A stretch of DNA of 64,000 nucleotides. It comes from Scyliorhinus canicula (lineage: Eukaryota). The stretch covers positions 2,461,936 to 2,525,935 of the forward strand of contig NW_024055744.1 of assembly GCF_902713615.1 (NCBI RefSeq), given 5' to 3'. The first letter of the stretch is position 1. Each line of letters begins with the position of its first letter. This document shows, in pieces, positions 1 to 13,248 of this stretch. The notes beneath the pieces were generated by a model, which saw nothing but the letters and a program-made list of their open reading frames with translations, did not search any database and was not told the origin of the DNA. A program made the position numbers and the translations under genes.

Positions 1-1015
1 CCTGTATTCAGCATTCAAATTCGACCTTCCAAAATGAATCATTTCACATTTATCTAGGTTGAACTCCATCTGCCACTTCTCAGCCCAGCTCTGCATCCTG
101 TCAATGTCCTGTTGTAACCTGCATCAGCCCCCAACACTATCTACAACTCCCCCAACCTTTGTGTCATCGGCAAACGTACTAACCCACCTTCCACTTCCTC
201 ATCCAAGTCATTTATTAAAAACAATAAAGGGCAGAGGTCCAAGAACAGACCCCTGCAAGACACCACTGGTCATCGACCACCAGGCAGAATACTTTCCATC
301 CACTACCCGCTGTATTCTATTGGCCAGCCAATTCTGTATCCAGACAGCCAGATTTCCCTGTATCTCATGCCCCCTAACTTTCTGAATGAGCCTACCGTGG
401 GGAACCTTATCAAATGTCTTACTGAAATCCATATACATCACATCCACTGCCCAACCTTCATCAATGTGTCTCGTCACATCCTCAAAGAATTCAATGAGGC
501 TTGTGAGGCATGACTGACTATCTTTAATCAAACTATTGTTTTCTAAGTAATCATAAATCCTATCTATCACAATCCTTTCCAATAATTTGCTCACCACAGG
601 CGTAAGACTGATGGGTCTGTAATTCCCAGGGATTTCCCTATTCCCTTTCTTGAACAAGGAAACAATATTTGCCTCCCTCCAAACATCTGGTACTACTCCA
701 GTGGAGAGCAAGGACACAACGATCATCGCCAATGGCGCAGCAATCTCCTCCCTCACTTCCTGTAGTAACCTTGGGTATATCCCGTCAGGCCCAGGGGACT
801 TATCTATCTTGATGCTTTTCAAAATTTCCAGCACATCCTCCTTAATGTCAACCTGTTCGAGTCTATCAACCTGGTTCACACTGCTCTCATGAGCAACAAG
901 GTCCCTCTCTCTCGTGAATACTGAAGCAACATATTCATTTAGGGCCTCTCCCATCTCCTCACACTCGTAGAATGAGTTCCGTCCACTATCCCTGATCAGC
1001 CCTACTCTCAGGATA
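1..1015 (-). mobile_element. CR1-clade LINE ORF2 (RT) fragment, degenerate
   Basis: ORF 208..1035 has KSPGPDGIYP, NYRPISLT, YMDFSKTFDKVPH and GVLQGSVLGP; the homology continues to the window start. Confidence 0.9.
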
Positions 1016-1036
1016 TTGGTGCCTGAGATGAACATT

Positions 1037-1200
1037 TGAACTGTTTCGCACAGTCCTCATATTTCCACATGTTCTCCATGATGCCTGTGTCCTGTGTCTC
1101 TCCATGTTGGATGAGCAGTTGAAGCCTCATCCACACAGGACACGTGCATGGTGTCTCTCTGCTGTGAATGGTGTGATGTCAAGCTTTGTAACTGGTTCCA
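1037..1200 (-). pseudogene. Remnant of ZNF cassette leader and first finger
   Basis: Reverse strand reads ...ggagagacacaggacacaggcatcATGGAGAAC..TGGAAATATGAGGACTGTGCG, homologous to the MEKPWKC start of the intact genes. Confidence 0.65.
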
Positions 1201-2030
1201 GTTATTATCAGACAGATGGGTGACTGCTAGGAAGGGCAGGCAGGCAGTGCAGGAATCCCCTATGGCTGTCCCCCTCTCTAACAGGTATACCGTTTTGGAT
1301 ACTGTTTGGAGGGATAGCCCAGTGGGGAAACCAACAACAGCAGCCTGAACAGTGGCACCACAACTGGCTCTGCTGCTTAGCAGGGGAGGGCAAAGTGCAG
1401 GAGAGCGATAGTTATAGGGGACTCAATAGGAAGGGGCACAAATAGGTGCTTCTGTGGACAGGAAAGAGACTCCAGAATTGTATGTTGCCTCCCTGGTGCC
1501 AGGGTCCAGGATGTCTCTGAACGAACACAGGACATCCTGAAGGGGGAGGGTGAACAGCCACAGGGATATCTTCCGGGACAGGTAGAACCTGTACAAAAAG
1601 GACGTGTTGCATCTAAACTGGAGTGGCACCAATATCCTGGCTGCGAGGTTTGCTCGAGCCATTCGGGAGGATTTAAACTAGTATGGGGGTGGGAACCAGT
1701 GCGCAGAAGGTCTAATAACTGAAGGGGAATTGGAGAACAAAAATAAGAGAACCACATCACCCTGTCAGCTCAAACACAGTGGTTTGAAGAGTATTTGTTT
1801 CAACGCCAGAAGTATAGCGGGGAGGCAGATGAACTTTGAGCACTTATTAGAACTTGGAATTACGATGTTGTGGCTATCACAGAGACATGTTTAAATGAAG
1901 GGCCGGATTGGCAGCTGAATGTTGGAGGATACAGATGCTTCAGGAAAGATAGAGAGGGATGTTAAAGGGGTGGGGGAGTAGCATTACTGGTTAAAGAGAA
2001 TATTATAATATTATGAAGGGAAATATACTG
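1200..2030 (+). mobile_element. CR1 ORF1 (esterase region) and ORF2 endonuclease start, degenerate
   Basis: DRWVTARKGRQAVQESP and IVIGDSI..CCLPGARV, matching the ORF1 of the element at 10572-11299; then CFNARS and DVVAITET. Confidence 0.8.
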
Positions 2031-2033
2031 TAA

Positions 2034-2365
2034 ATAGAACATAGAACAGTACAGCACAGAACAGGCCCTTCGGCCCTCGATGTTGTGCCGAGCAATGATC
2101 ACCCTACTTAAACCCACGTAACCCGTATACCCGTAACCCAACAATCCCCCCATTAACCTTACACTACGGGCAATTTAGCATGGCCAATCCACCTAACCCG
2201 CACATCTTTGGACTGTGGGAGGAAACCGGAGCACCCGGAGGAAACCCACGCACACACGGGGAGGAAGTGCAGACTCCACACAGACAGTGACCCAGCCGGG
2301 AATCGAACCTGGGACCCTGGAGCTGTGAAGCATTGATGCTAACCACCATGCTACCGTGAGGCCCC
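2034..2365 (-). mobile_element. HE1-like tRNA-derived SINE, young copy
   Basis: tRNA-like head with GGTTCGATTCCC B-box and a CR1-type tail ending in (TTCTATG)n; nearly identical to 12123-12478 and 17422-17768. Confidence 0.85.
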
Positions 2366-3105
2366 TGTCAAATGTCAAAACTCCGAGGAATATAGAAAGT
2401 CAGAGAGAGCTGTGTGTGCATGTGCACAGATCTTTGAAGTTGGCAGCACAAATGGACAAGTTACTCAAGAAAGCAGACGGATTGCTTGCCTTCATTGGAC
2501 AGGGCATCAAGTATAAAAACTGGCAAGTCATGCTGCAGTTGCATAGAACCTTGTTAAGGCCACACTTGGAGTATTGTCCACAATTCTGGTTGCCAGAGTA
2601 CCAGAAGAATGTGGAGGCTTTGGAGAGGTGCAGATGAGGTTTACCAGGATGTTGCCTCGTCTGGAGGGCGTTAGCTATGTGGAGAGGCTGAATAGACTCG
2701 GACTGTTTTCATTAGAAAGACGGAGGTTGAGGGGTGACCTGAAATAGGTCGACAAGATTATGAGGGGCATGGATAGAGTGGATGGGCAGGCACTCTTTCC
2801 CAGGGTGGAGGGGTCAGTCACCAGGGGGCATAGGTTTAAGGTCTCTGGGCAAAGTTTAGAGGAGATGTACGAGGCAGGTTTGTTTACGCAGAGGGTGGTG
2901 AGTGCCTGGAACGCATTCCCAGGCGAGGTTGTAGAAGCAGATACATTAACGGCGTTCAAAAGGCATCTTGACAAACACATGGATAGGATGGGGTTAGGGA
3001 TACGGCACAAGGAAGTGCTGAACGTTTTGCCAACGATTGGTATCATGACCGGTACAGGTTTGGAGGGCCGAAGGGCCTGTTCCTGTGTTGTATTGTTCTT
3101 TGTTC
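2366..3105 (+). mobile_element. CR1 3' end
   Basis: LRPHLEYCPQFW and TRGHRFKV..FTQRVVSAWN, followed by a 3' UTR tail. Confidence 0.85.
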
Positions 3106-3119
3106 AAAGACCCTGTTCA

Positions 3120-3345
3120 ATGTGGGAGAAACAGTTCCCGTGTTTGGAATGTGGATGACGTTTTAGCCGATGGTCTGACCTTTCGAACAATATGTAGTCA
3201 CACTGGAAGAAACCTTGGAAATCTGGGTACTGTGGAATAGATTTAATCAGAGCTGGAGATTCATCAACATGTTTACACTGAGGAGTGACCATTAATGTTC
3301 TCCGTGTGTGGGAAGAGATTCACTCAGTTCTCCAGCCTCACTTCA
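3120..3345 (+). pseudogene. Degenerate C2H2 finger remnants
   Basis: EKQFPCLECG, aaaccttggaaatctgggtactgtgg (WKC finger) and tgtgggaagagattcactcag, with stops and frameshifts. Confidence 0.65.
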
Positions 3346-3713
3346 TCATGGTCAATCTGTACTGGACCGTTTCCAAGTGCAGTATATCTTTCCTGAGGTT
3401 TGGTGGCCAGTACAGAACACAGTTCATGGAGGAAAGACAGCAGGAATATCTCTAATCTGTGATTTACAAGGACACATTCTTGGTTCCCAGCAGTTACGTT
3501 TCTTCAGTTATTTCTTCATTTTCCCTAAACTACCCTGCCTGTTAATTCTATTATTTCTGATAATTCCATTACTGTAGCTATAAACATCACACATTAGAAT
3601 TTAATCTGTTCCATTATTCACTCTGGTTTAAGTTTATGTTGAGGTTAATAACAGACAAACTCTGTCCCCTCCCCAATCCGATTACAGTTTCCCATGAGTG
3701 GATTCTGTGGAAT

Positions 3714-3889
3714 GGAATGTCTTATCAACGTTTCCATGGTGACCTGTCTGCAGTGAAGGAATGTCTAATCAGCGTTTCCATGGTGACCTGTCTGCAGGTT
3801 AGGAATGTCTGATCAGCGTTTCCACGGTGACCTGTCTGCAGTGAAGGAATGTCTTATCAGCGTTTCCATGGTGACCCGTCTGCAATGAA
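3714..3889. repeat. Tandem repeat, 4 x 44 bp
   Basis: Unit ggaatgtcttatcagcgtttccatggtgacctgtctgcagtgaa starts at 3714, 3758, 3802 and 3846. Confidence 0.95.
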
Positions 3890-4339
3890 GCACCTGTTTG
3901 AGTTTCTAACTCAGACGAAACTTCTCTCTCCCATAACACACATTATATCAGACATTAGATGTCAATGTATTTCAGCCACGTTATGTTAATGTCTCCAAAA
4001 CCCTAAAAAGAGTTCAGATACACAAATGTTTAAATGTGGGAGGACAAGTTGATAAAGTGTTTCAAATACACATGGGATCCAAGGTTTTATAATTCTGGGT
4101 GTAGAGTACAAAAGGACAGAGGTCATGTAAACCTGGACAAATCATTGGTTAGGCTGCAGTTGGAATATTAGATCAGGTTTTGGGGATATTACACCAGGAA
4201 ACATGTCAAGGCCATGGAGAGGGTATAGAAGAGATTCACTGAGATGATCCCAGGGAAGAGAGGATTTAGTTACCAGGACAGATTAGAGAAACTGGGATTC
4301 TGTTCATTCAAACAGAGGCTGACTGGAGATCAGAGGGAG

Positions 4340-4615
4340 GGGGGTTGATTCCGGCCTCGGGTGACTCTGTAGGGTTTGCACTTCCTTCCCGTGTCTGCGT
4401 GGGTTCCTTCCGGGTGCTCCAATTTCCTCCCTCAGTCCAAAGATGCACAGGTTAGGTGGATTGTCCATAATAAGAGACTTCCCCTGAGTGTCCAAAGGTT
4501 AGGTGGGGTTCTGGGGATAGGGTGGAGGAGTGGTCCTGAGTGGGGTGCCATATTGGAGGGTCAGTGCAGACCCGATGGGCTGAATGGCCTCCTTCTGCAT
4601 TGTAGAGATTCTATG
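4340..4615 (+). mobile_element. HE1-like SINE, diverged and 5' truncated
   Basis: Core gggtgctcc..ttcctccc.cagtccaaagatg..caggttaggtggattg and tail ggcctccttctgcattgtag. Confidence 0.75.
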
Positions 4616-4691
4616 GAACAGAAAAAGACACATGAAATATCAAGCAGACTACAACAATGTTCAGGATTCTCACTGTCCCTCTGGGCCTGCA

Positions 4692-4756
4692 AGGGGGGTG
4701 GGGGGGGGGGGGGGGGGGGGAGAGGGGGGGGGGGGTGAGGGGGGACAGTGGGGGGA
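4692..4756. repeat. G-rich low-complexity tract
   Basis: Long interrupted poly-G run. Confidence 0.9.
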
Positions 4757-4869
4757 CCGGTGATGGTTTCTCTTATCTCTGAATGAAATGTTATTTTTAA
4801 AGTGAAGGGTGTCTGTACTGGAGAATCTGAGTACCAAGTGCCAGCTTGAACCATTCTCCAATCAGTTCC

Positions 4870-5060
4870 AGCACAGCTCCCTCTACGTTGCCCCATGAAA
4901 CACTCCCAAGGCTGATACAAAATGGTGTTAAAGAGTAAATCTCCCTCGATGATGTCCCCATCAAACACTCCCATGATCGGTATAGCACAAGGTTGGGTAC
5001 AATGTAAATGGTCCTCTGCACTGTCCCCATCAAACAGTCCCAGGACAGGTACAGCATACC
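4870..5060. repeat. Diverged tandem repeat, about 65-69 bp x 3
   Basis: Core (t)ccccatcaaacactccca recurs at about 4891, 4956 and 5025. Confidence 0.7.
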
Positions 5061-5939
5061 TTCTGGAAATCCAGATAAAGCACATCTACAGGTTCTACCT
5101 GTTACTTCCTCAAACATCTTGCTAAATTAGTCAATCACGATTGATTCCCTGAACCCCATTTTCAAACACTGTGTCAAAAGAAAATTCAAATCTCCTCTAC
5201 CCCTCTGGCTCCTTTGCCAATTTCCTTAGACGGACTCACTTTCTGTTAAAGAGCCTGTCAACCACTTTCCCGAAAGTGAACAAATTTAATCAGGAAAAGT
5301 CCAACAAATTCAAATATTTTCAGTTTAAAAGTTTATTGATGAAATAGAACATGGTTAAAAAAACTGACGGAAAATTACTTGAGGATCAAAGACAATCAGA
5401 GTAACAGGATGTTCACAATGTTCTGGACCCAAATAGTTCCCTTCAGCTCCTCTGTACCCTGTCCCCGTGACTCCCCGCTTTGGACACGGGGGCACTGAAC
5501 CCTGGGGTCACGTCACTATCAGTACCGGTCACCCTCTCCCATAAAGGTCAGCAACGTCTTAGAAAAAATCAAACTCCCAGTCAACAAATTGAAGGATCAC
5601 ACGACAGGACTTCAGGTTTTATGAGTTTTAATACAACAAACAAACAAACTAGAAGCTACTTTCAGTCAGAACCCTACACATTAAACTATAAACTAGAACT
5701 TTGCCCTTTTTCACAATCTAGAAATACACTCCACGATTATAGTTACTCTGCCTTATAAATTGAAACTTAATTGTCTCAGAACCTGTCCAAAGTGATGATT
5801 CATTCCCGAGGTTCATTTACTTCAGTTCTTCAACCAAGACACCGAGGAAAAAAAAGGGAGAATAGAATAGAATGTGAACTAGCAAAATACATGAAAATGG
5901 AGAGTAAAAGTTTCTCTGGCTACGTAAAAAGGACATACT

Positions 5940-6445
5940 GGTGCTGGAGGGTGTGCAGAGGAGATCCATTACGTTAATCCCAGAGCTGAAGGGGTTGGAT
6001 TATGAGGAGAGGTTGAGTAGACTGGGACTGTACTCGTTGGAATTTAGAAGGATGAGGGGGGATCTTATAGAAACATTTAAAATTATGAAGGGAATAGATA
6101 GGATAGATGCGGGCAGGTTGTTTCCACTGGCGGGTGAAAGCAGAACTAGGGGACATAGCCTCAAAATAAGGGGAAGTAGATTTAGGACTGAGTTTAGGAG
6201 AAACCTCTTCACCCAAAGAGTTGTGAATCTATAGAATTCCTTGCCCAGTGAAGCAGTAGAGGCTCCTTCATTAAATGTTTTTAAGGTAAAGATAGATAGT
6301 TTTTTGAAGGATAAAGGGATTAAGGGTTATGGTGTTCGGGCCGGAAAGTTGAGCTCAGTCCATAAAAGATCAGCCATGATCTCATTGAATGGCGGAGCAG
6401 TCTCGAGGGGCCAGATGGCCTACTCCTGCTCCTAGTTCTTATGTT
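5940..6445 (+). mobile_element. CR1 3' end
   Basis: YEERLSRLGLYSLEFRRMRGDLIETFKI..TRGHSLK, followed by a 3' UTR. Confidence 0.9.
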
Positions 6446-6479
6446 CGGCTCAAAGGTTTGTCCATTCCAGATAGAGTCA

Positions 6480-6920
6480 GAAGAATTTAGAATGAGGAAC
6501 AGAGATCTCGACAGCCACCTCATTCAACACTCTGGGATGTAGATCATCAGCTTTTGGGGATTTATTCACTTCCAACCCCATTAATTTTTCCAGTGCTATT
6601 TTTTCACCACTACTAATCTCTGCCAGTCCCTTGGTTCTCTGGTGTTTTGGGGACAATTTCTGTATCTTTCTCTGTGAAGACATTCACACATTGTTTATTT
6701 TCTCTGCCATTTCCTTACTCCCCATTATAAACTCTCCTGTCTCTGCCTGGAATGGACCCACATTGGTCTTTGCTAATCTTTTCCTTTTCACATTCATGTA
6801 GAAGCTTTTCCAGTCGGTTTTTATGTTTCTCACCAGTTTGCTCTCATCAGTTTCTTGGTCCTCCTTTGCTGAATTCTAATGGCTCTCATGGAATCTTTAA
6901 CTTTTCTTGTTCGCCACGGT
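6480..6920 (-). mobile_element. CR1 ORF2 fragments, degenerate
   Basis: LEKLMGLEVNKSPKADDLHPRVL, homologous to the CR1 ORF at 38847. Confidence 0.7.
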
Positions 6921-7007
6921 TACATTACTTTTCCTGTTGGGTGTTTGATCCTTAAAGGAATCTATATTTTGAAATATATTTGTATATATGTGAAATACAA
7001 CTTGCAA

Positions 7008-7215
7008 AAATCCCAGAGGACCACAGGCTGCTCTCCCCTTCGACAGAGAGCTGACTGGAGGTAATTTAACCCAAGGGTCAGCACACCTCAAGCGACGGGC
7101 CTGGTTGAGAAGGCGGGGCCTTCATGAATAAACCCAGCCAGTACGAGAGTTGAATCCTCACTGTTGGCCTTGCTCTGCATCACCAACCAGTTGTCCAGCC
7201 AACTGAGCTAACCAA
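7008..7215 (-). mobile_element. tRNA-derived SINE of a second family
   Basis: Minus strand begins GGTTAGCTCAGTTGG (A-box) with a B-box-like segment; a related body fragment lies at about 15645-15720. Confidence 0.6.
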
Positions 7216-7465
7216 CCCCTGATAAATTAGGTATTCCCTGTACCAATCAGTTTCCCAGTCCACCTCAGACAACTTGCCCCTCATAACCTGATAGTTTCCT
7301 TCTGTGAGGAACACCCAGTGGCGTGCAGAGGTCTGGTGATGCCCGGGGCAAATCTTGATTGTATGCCCCAAAGCCCCACGTAAATATTTCATTAAATATC
7401 ACCAAAAAACCTATAGAAAACGTAGTTGCACCCGTTCTAGAGCTATTCACTAACCTCTTTATCTT

Positions 7466-10400
7466 TAGAACATAGAACGATACAGCGCAGTACAGGCCCT
7501 TCGGCCCTCGATGTTGCACCGACATGGAAAAAAACTAAAGGCCATCTAACCTACACTATGCCCTCATCCAATAAACTTTTAAATGCCCTCAATGTTGGCG
7601 AGTTCACTACTGTTGCAGGTAGGGCATTCCACGGCCTCACCACTCTTTGCGTAAAAAACCCACCTCTGACCTCTGTCCTATATCTATTACCCCTCAATTT
7701 AAGGCTATGTCCCCTCGTGCTAGCCACCTCCATCCGCGGGAGAAGGCTCTCGCTGTCCACCCTATCTAACGCTCTGATCATTTTGTATGCCTCTATTAAG
7801 TCACCTCTTAACCTTCTTCTCTCTAACGAAAACAACCTCAAGTCCATCAGCCTTTCCTCATAAGATTTTCCCTCCATACCAGGCAACATCCTGGTAAATC
7901 TCCTCTGCACCCGTTCCAAAGCTTCCATGTCCTTCCTATAATGAGGCGACCAGAACTGTGCGCAATACTCCAAATGCGGCCGTACTAGAGTTTTGTACAA
8001 CTGCAACATGACCTCATGGCTCCGGAACTCAATCCCTCTACCAATAAAGGCCAACACACCATAGGCCTTCTTCACAACCCTATCAACCTGGGTGGCAACT
8101 TTCAGGGATCTATGTACATGGACACCGAGAGCCCTTTGCTCATCCACACTACCAAGAATTTTACCATTAGCCAAATATTCCGCATTCCTGTTATTCTTTC
8201 CAAAGTGAATCACCTCACACTTCTCCACATTAAACTCCATTTGCCACCTCTCAGCCCAGCTCTGCAGCTTATCTATGTCCCTCTGTAACCTGCAACATCC
8301 TTCCGCACTGTCTACAACTCCACCGACTTTAGTGTCGTCTGCAAATTTACTCACCCATCCTTCTGCGCCCTCCTCTAGGTCATTTATAAAAATGACAAAC
8401 AGCAACGGCCCCAGAACAGATCCTTGTGGTACGCCACTCGTAACTGAACTCCATTCTGAACATTTCCCATCAATTACCACTCTCTGTCTTCTTTCAACTA
8501 GCCAATTTCTGATCCACATCTCTAAATCACCCTCAATCCCCAGCCTCTGTATTTTCTGCAATAGCCGACCGTGGGGAACCTTATTAAACGCTTTACTGAA
8601 ATCCAATACACCACATCAACTGCTCTACCCTCGTCTACCTGTTCAGTCACCTTCTCAAAGAACTCGATAAGGTTTGTGAGGCATGACCTACCCTTCACAA
8701 AACCATGCTGACCATCCCTAATCATATTATTCCTATCTAGATGATTATAAATTGTATCTTTTATAATCCGCTCCAAGACTTTACCCACCACAGACGTTAA
8801 GCTCACTGGCCTATAGTTACCGGGGTTATCTCTACTCCCCTTCTTGAACAAAGGGACCACATTTGCTATCCTCCAGTCCTCTGGCACTATTCCTGTAGCC
8901 AATGATGACCTAAAAATCAAAGCCAAAGGCTCAGCAATCTCTTCCCTGGCTTCCCAGAGAATCCTAGGATAAATCCCATCAGGCCCCGGGGACTTATCTA
9001 TTTTCACCTTGTCCAGAATTGCCAACACTTCTTCCCTACGCACCTCAATGCCATCTATTCTAATAGCCTGAGTCTCAGCATTCTCCTCCACAATATTATC
9101 TTTTTCCTGAGTGAATACTGACGAAAAGTATTCATTTAGTATCTCGCTTATCTCCTCAGCCTCCACACACAACTTCCCACCACTGTCCTTGACTGGCCCT
9201 ACTCTTACCCTAGTCATTCTTTTATTCATGACATACCTATAGAAAGCTTTTGGGTTTTCCTTGATCCTACCTGCCAAAGACTTCTCATGTCCCCTCCTTG
9301 CTCGTCTTAGCTCTCTCTTTAGATCCTTCCTCGCTTCCTTGTAACTATCAAGCGCCCCAACTGAAACTTCACGCCTCATCTTCACATAGGCCTCCTTCTT
9401 CCTCTTAACAAGAGATTCCACTTCTTTGGTAAACTACGGTTCCCTCGCTCAACCCCTTCCTCCCTGCCTGACTGGTACGTACTTATCAAGAACATGCAAT
9501 AGCTGTTCCTTGAACAAGCTCCACATATCCAGTGTGCCCAACCCTTGCAGCCTACTTCTCCAACCTACACATCCTAAGTCATGTCTAATGGCATCATAAT
9601 TGCCCTTCCCCCAGCTATAACTCTTGCCCTGCGGGGTATACTTATCCCTTTCCATCACTAACGTAAAGGTCACTGAATTGTGGTCACTGTTTCCAAAGTG
9701 CTCACCTACCTCCAGATCTAACACCTGGCCTGGTTCATTACCCAAAACCAAATCCAATGTGGCCTCGCCTCTTGTTGGCCTGTCAACATATTGTGTCAGG
9801 AAACCCTCCTGCACACATTGTACAAAGAACGACCCATCTAATGTACTCGAACTATATCATTTCCAGTCAATATTTGGAAAGTTAAAGTCTCCCATAACAA
9901 CTACCCTGTTACTTTCGCTCTTTTCCAGAATCATCTTCGCCATCCTTTCCTCTACATCCCTAGAACTATTAGGTGGCCTATAGAAAACTCCCAACAGGGT
10001 GACCTCTCCTTTCCTGTTTCTAACCTCAGCCCATATTACCTCGGAAGAAGAGTCCCCATCTAGCATCCTTTCCGCCACTGTAATACTGTCCTTGACAAGC
10101 AGCGCCACACCTCCCCCTCTTTTGCCCCCTTCTCTGACCTTACTAAAACACCTAAACCCCGGAACCTGCAACAACCATTCCTGTCACTGCTCTATCCATG
10201 TCTCTGAAATGGCCACAACATCAAAGTCCCAGGTACCAACCCATGCTGCCAGTTCCCCAACCTTATTTTGTATACTCCTGGCATTGAAATAGACACACTT
10301 CAAACCACCTACCTGAACACTGGCACCCTCCTGCGAAGTCAAATCTGTGCTCCTGACCTCTATACTCTCAATCTCCCGTACCCCAAAACTACAATCCAGG

Positions 10401-11400
10401 TTCCCATGCCCCTGCTGAATTAGTTTAAACCCCCCCAAAGAGCACTAACAAATCTCCCCCCAGGATATTGGTGCCCCTCAGGTTCAGATGTAGACCATCC
10501 TGTCTATAGAGGTCCCACCTTCCCCAGAAAGAGCCCCAGTTATCCAGAAATCTGAATCCCTCCCGCCTGCATCATCCCTGTAGCCACGTGTTTAATTGCT
10601 CTCTCTCCCTATTCCTCATCTCACTATCACGTGGCACGGGCAACAACCCAGAGATAACAACTCTGTTTGTTCTCGCTCTGAGCTTCCATCCTAGCTCCCT
10701 AAAGGCCTGCCTGACATGCTTGTCCCCTTTCCTACCTATGTCGTTAGTGCCAATGTGGACTACGACTTGGGGCTGCTCCCCCTCCCCCTTAAGGACCCGG
10801 AAAACACGATCCGAGACATCACGTACCCTTGCACCTGGGAGGCAACATACCAAACGTGAGTCTCTCTCGCTCCCACAAAATCTCCTATCTGTGCCCCTGA
10901 CTATTGAGTCCCCAATTACTAATGTTCTACTCCTTTCCCCCCTTCCCTTCTGAGCAACAGGGACAGACTCCGTGCCAGAGGCCCGTACCCCATGGCTTAG
11001 GGTACCTGCACAGACTGCTTCTTCCCAGTCCCTCTTACAGTTACCCATCTATCTCCAGTCTTTGGTGTAACTACTTCCCTGAAGCTCCTATCTATGACCC
11101 CCTCTGCCTCCCGAATGATCCGAAGTTCATCCAGTTCAAGCTCCAGGTCCCTAACACGGTTTTTGAGGAGCTGGAGTTGGGTGCACTTCCCACAGATGAA
11201 ATCAGCAGGGACACTGACGGCGTCCCTCACCTCAAACATTCTGCAGGAGAAGCATTGTACTGCCTTCCCTGACATCACCTCTAGATTTAAAAAAAACAAG
11301 AAGAAAAAGAAACGAAGAGCTTACCTGATATTCCCTCAAACCCTGCTCCCGGTGAAAAGTAAGCAAATTTAAAGGCACTCACTCACCTTCACGACAGGCC
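7466..11400 (-). mobile_element. Near full-length CR1 LINE with ORF1 (CxxC..CxxC, coiled coil, SGNH esterase) and ORF2 (APE + RT), frameshifted
   Basis: ORF1 pieces 10997..11299 and 10572..11048 (VIGDS, HIGTND); ORF2 pieces from 10184..10438 down to 7551..8606 (GDFNFP, SDH, KFADD); (TTCTATG)n tail. Confidence 0.95.
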
Positions 11401-12122
11401 CCAAGCTGCCTCTAGGTCATCTCTAAGGTATAGGACGGCTGCCTGAGGTTAAATTGCGCTGTAAGAGTTAGTCAATTTCCCCTTAGCGCTGGGATTCTAG
11501 GGATATTGTTCTCTTCTTCAGTCATTTTGCTTTGCAGCAATGGGTGAGATGTTATGTCTCGAAAGTTGTGCCTCCCTCCTCTGCAACCCCCATGGAGAAG
11601 GATAAGAGCAGCAACGTCATGGAAATACTGTTATGACCCTTGTGGAAACAAACTACAAACAACCCAACTAAGACCAATATACAAAACTTCACTTTTATAT
11701 TAGCAATCACACCAAAATCAACGTAAATTAAACATGAATTAACAGGAAAATTGCAATAATATGACCGATAAATTACACATAGCAGATACAAAGACATATC
11801 TCACACATTTCTCAGTCAGCCCATTCAGCACGTATCACATTCATTTCAGCCACAATATCCTTCAAAACGTTGAACTTCTTCAAATCAAATTCCATCTTCA
11901 TTTCTCTAAAGCTTTAGTACCAAGTCTCATCAAACAACGGCATTACTTCACCCAATTTCCACAAATATAATTTTCACAGTCGACACATTTCCAGATCCCT
12001 TCTTCTTCACAAAACCCTGGTCATGTGGGGCCTGATTGTGCACTATGCCAGTGCAGAAAGGGTCCCCAAATCCAGATATAAAGCTCTGTTCAAGATCCGA
12101 GCTCCAGCAGCTTGCAGTCAAG

Positions 12123-12478
12123 TAGAACATAGAACATAGACCAGTACAGCACAGAACAGGCCCTTCAGCCCTCGATGTTGTGCCGAGCAATGATCACCCT
12201 ACTCAAACCCACGTATCCACCCTATACCCGTAACCCAACAGCCCCCCCCCCCCCTTAACCTTACTTTTTTAGGACACTACGGGCAATTTAGCATGGCCAA
12301 TCCACCTAACCCGCACATCTTTGGACTGTGGGAGGAAACCGGAGCACCCGGAGGAAACCCACGCACACACGGGGAGGACGTGCAGACTCCGCACAGACAG
12401 TGACCCAGCCGGGAACCGAACCTGGGACCCTGGAGCTGTGAAGCATTTATGCTAACCGCCATGCTACCGTGCTGCCCC
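12123..12478 (-). mobile_element. HE1-like SINE, young copy
   Basis: Full head to tail, nearly identical to 2034-2365. Confidence 0.88.
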
Positions 12479-13248
12479 TGTCTCTGAGAATCTCCCATTT
12501 ATAGGACCCTGGGCTTTAAGTATAAAGGGTAAGAGGGCAAAAGTTAAGAGGCCATGATGAATCTTCATAAAATACTGGTTCTGTCCCAAATGGGTGCCCC
12601 TGGCCCAAATGTCAAATTCTGGGCACGACAGTTTAGTAAATTGACAACTATAGAGAGGGTGCAGAGAAGAGTTTAAAAATGGATCAAAAGATAAAGATAA
12701 AGAATAAATAAAACTCACCCATGGTGGCATTGATTGCCGTTGATTCGGGAGATTTCGCGCCCTTTTTGTTCACCAGGCGCGCAGGCGCACTCTGGCCGAC
12801 CGCGGTGCGTGCTCCGTTCTCTTCACGCTGCTGCCCCCATCCAATCGATGCCCGGGGCCAGCGCACCGTCGGCCCCCCCCCTCTGCACGCCACTGGGAAC
12901 ACCCAGATAAACAAAAGAACCATGCAACCACCAGGGCCCATCTCCATGGCAACGTGGCACGCTTTGGAGGGTTTGAAACAGAAATGGAAAGAACATATCT
13001 TCACACTTGCAAACACCCTTCCACCCTTGTGATCCTTGTGCAATTTGAAGCCAGGTATTAGCAACAAGGCTCAAAGAGCATCAGCCCACTGGAGGCAAAG
13101 TGGTGAGACTGGCCAGTCCAGCAGAAAGAAACCCTCCGACCATCCCCACTGACCACCTGTCAGAATGAACAAAATGCAGCCCTGGGTGTAGAGTAGAAAC
13201 AATAACAGCAGAATCCAACCCCTGTAATCATTTGTGAAATTGTTGGTG

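Noticed and set aside
3714-3889. CRISPR-like array
   Set aside because: Head-to-tail repeats without unique spacers, in vertebrate DNA with no cas genes.
7220-7460. Weak resemblance of the minus-strand translation (ICPGH..VDWETDW) to a retroviral Env surface domain
   Set aside because: Too short and degenerate to support without a profile search.
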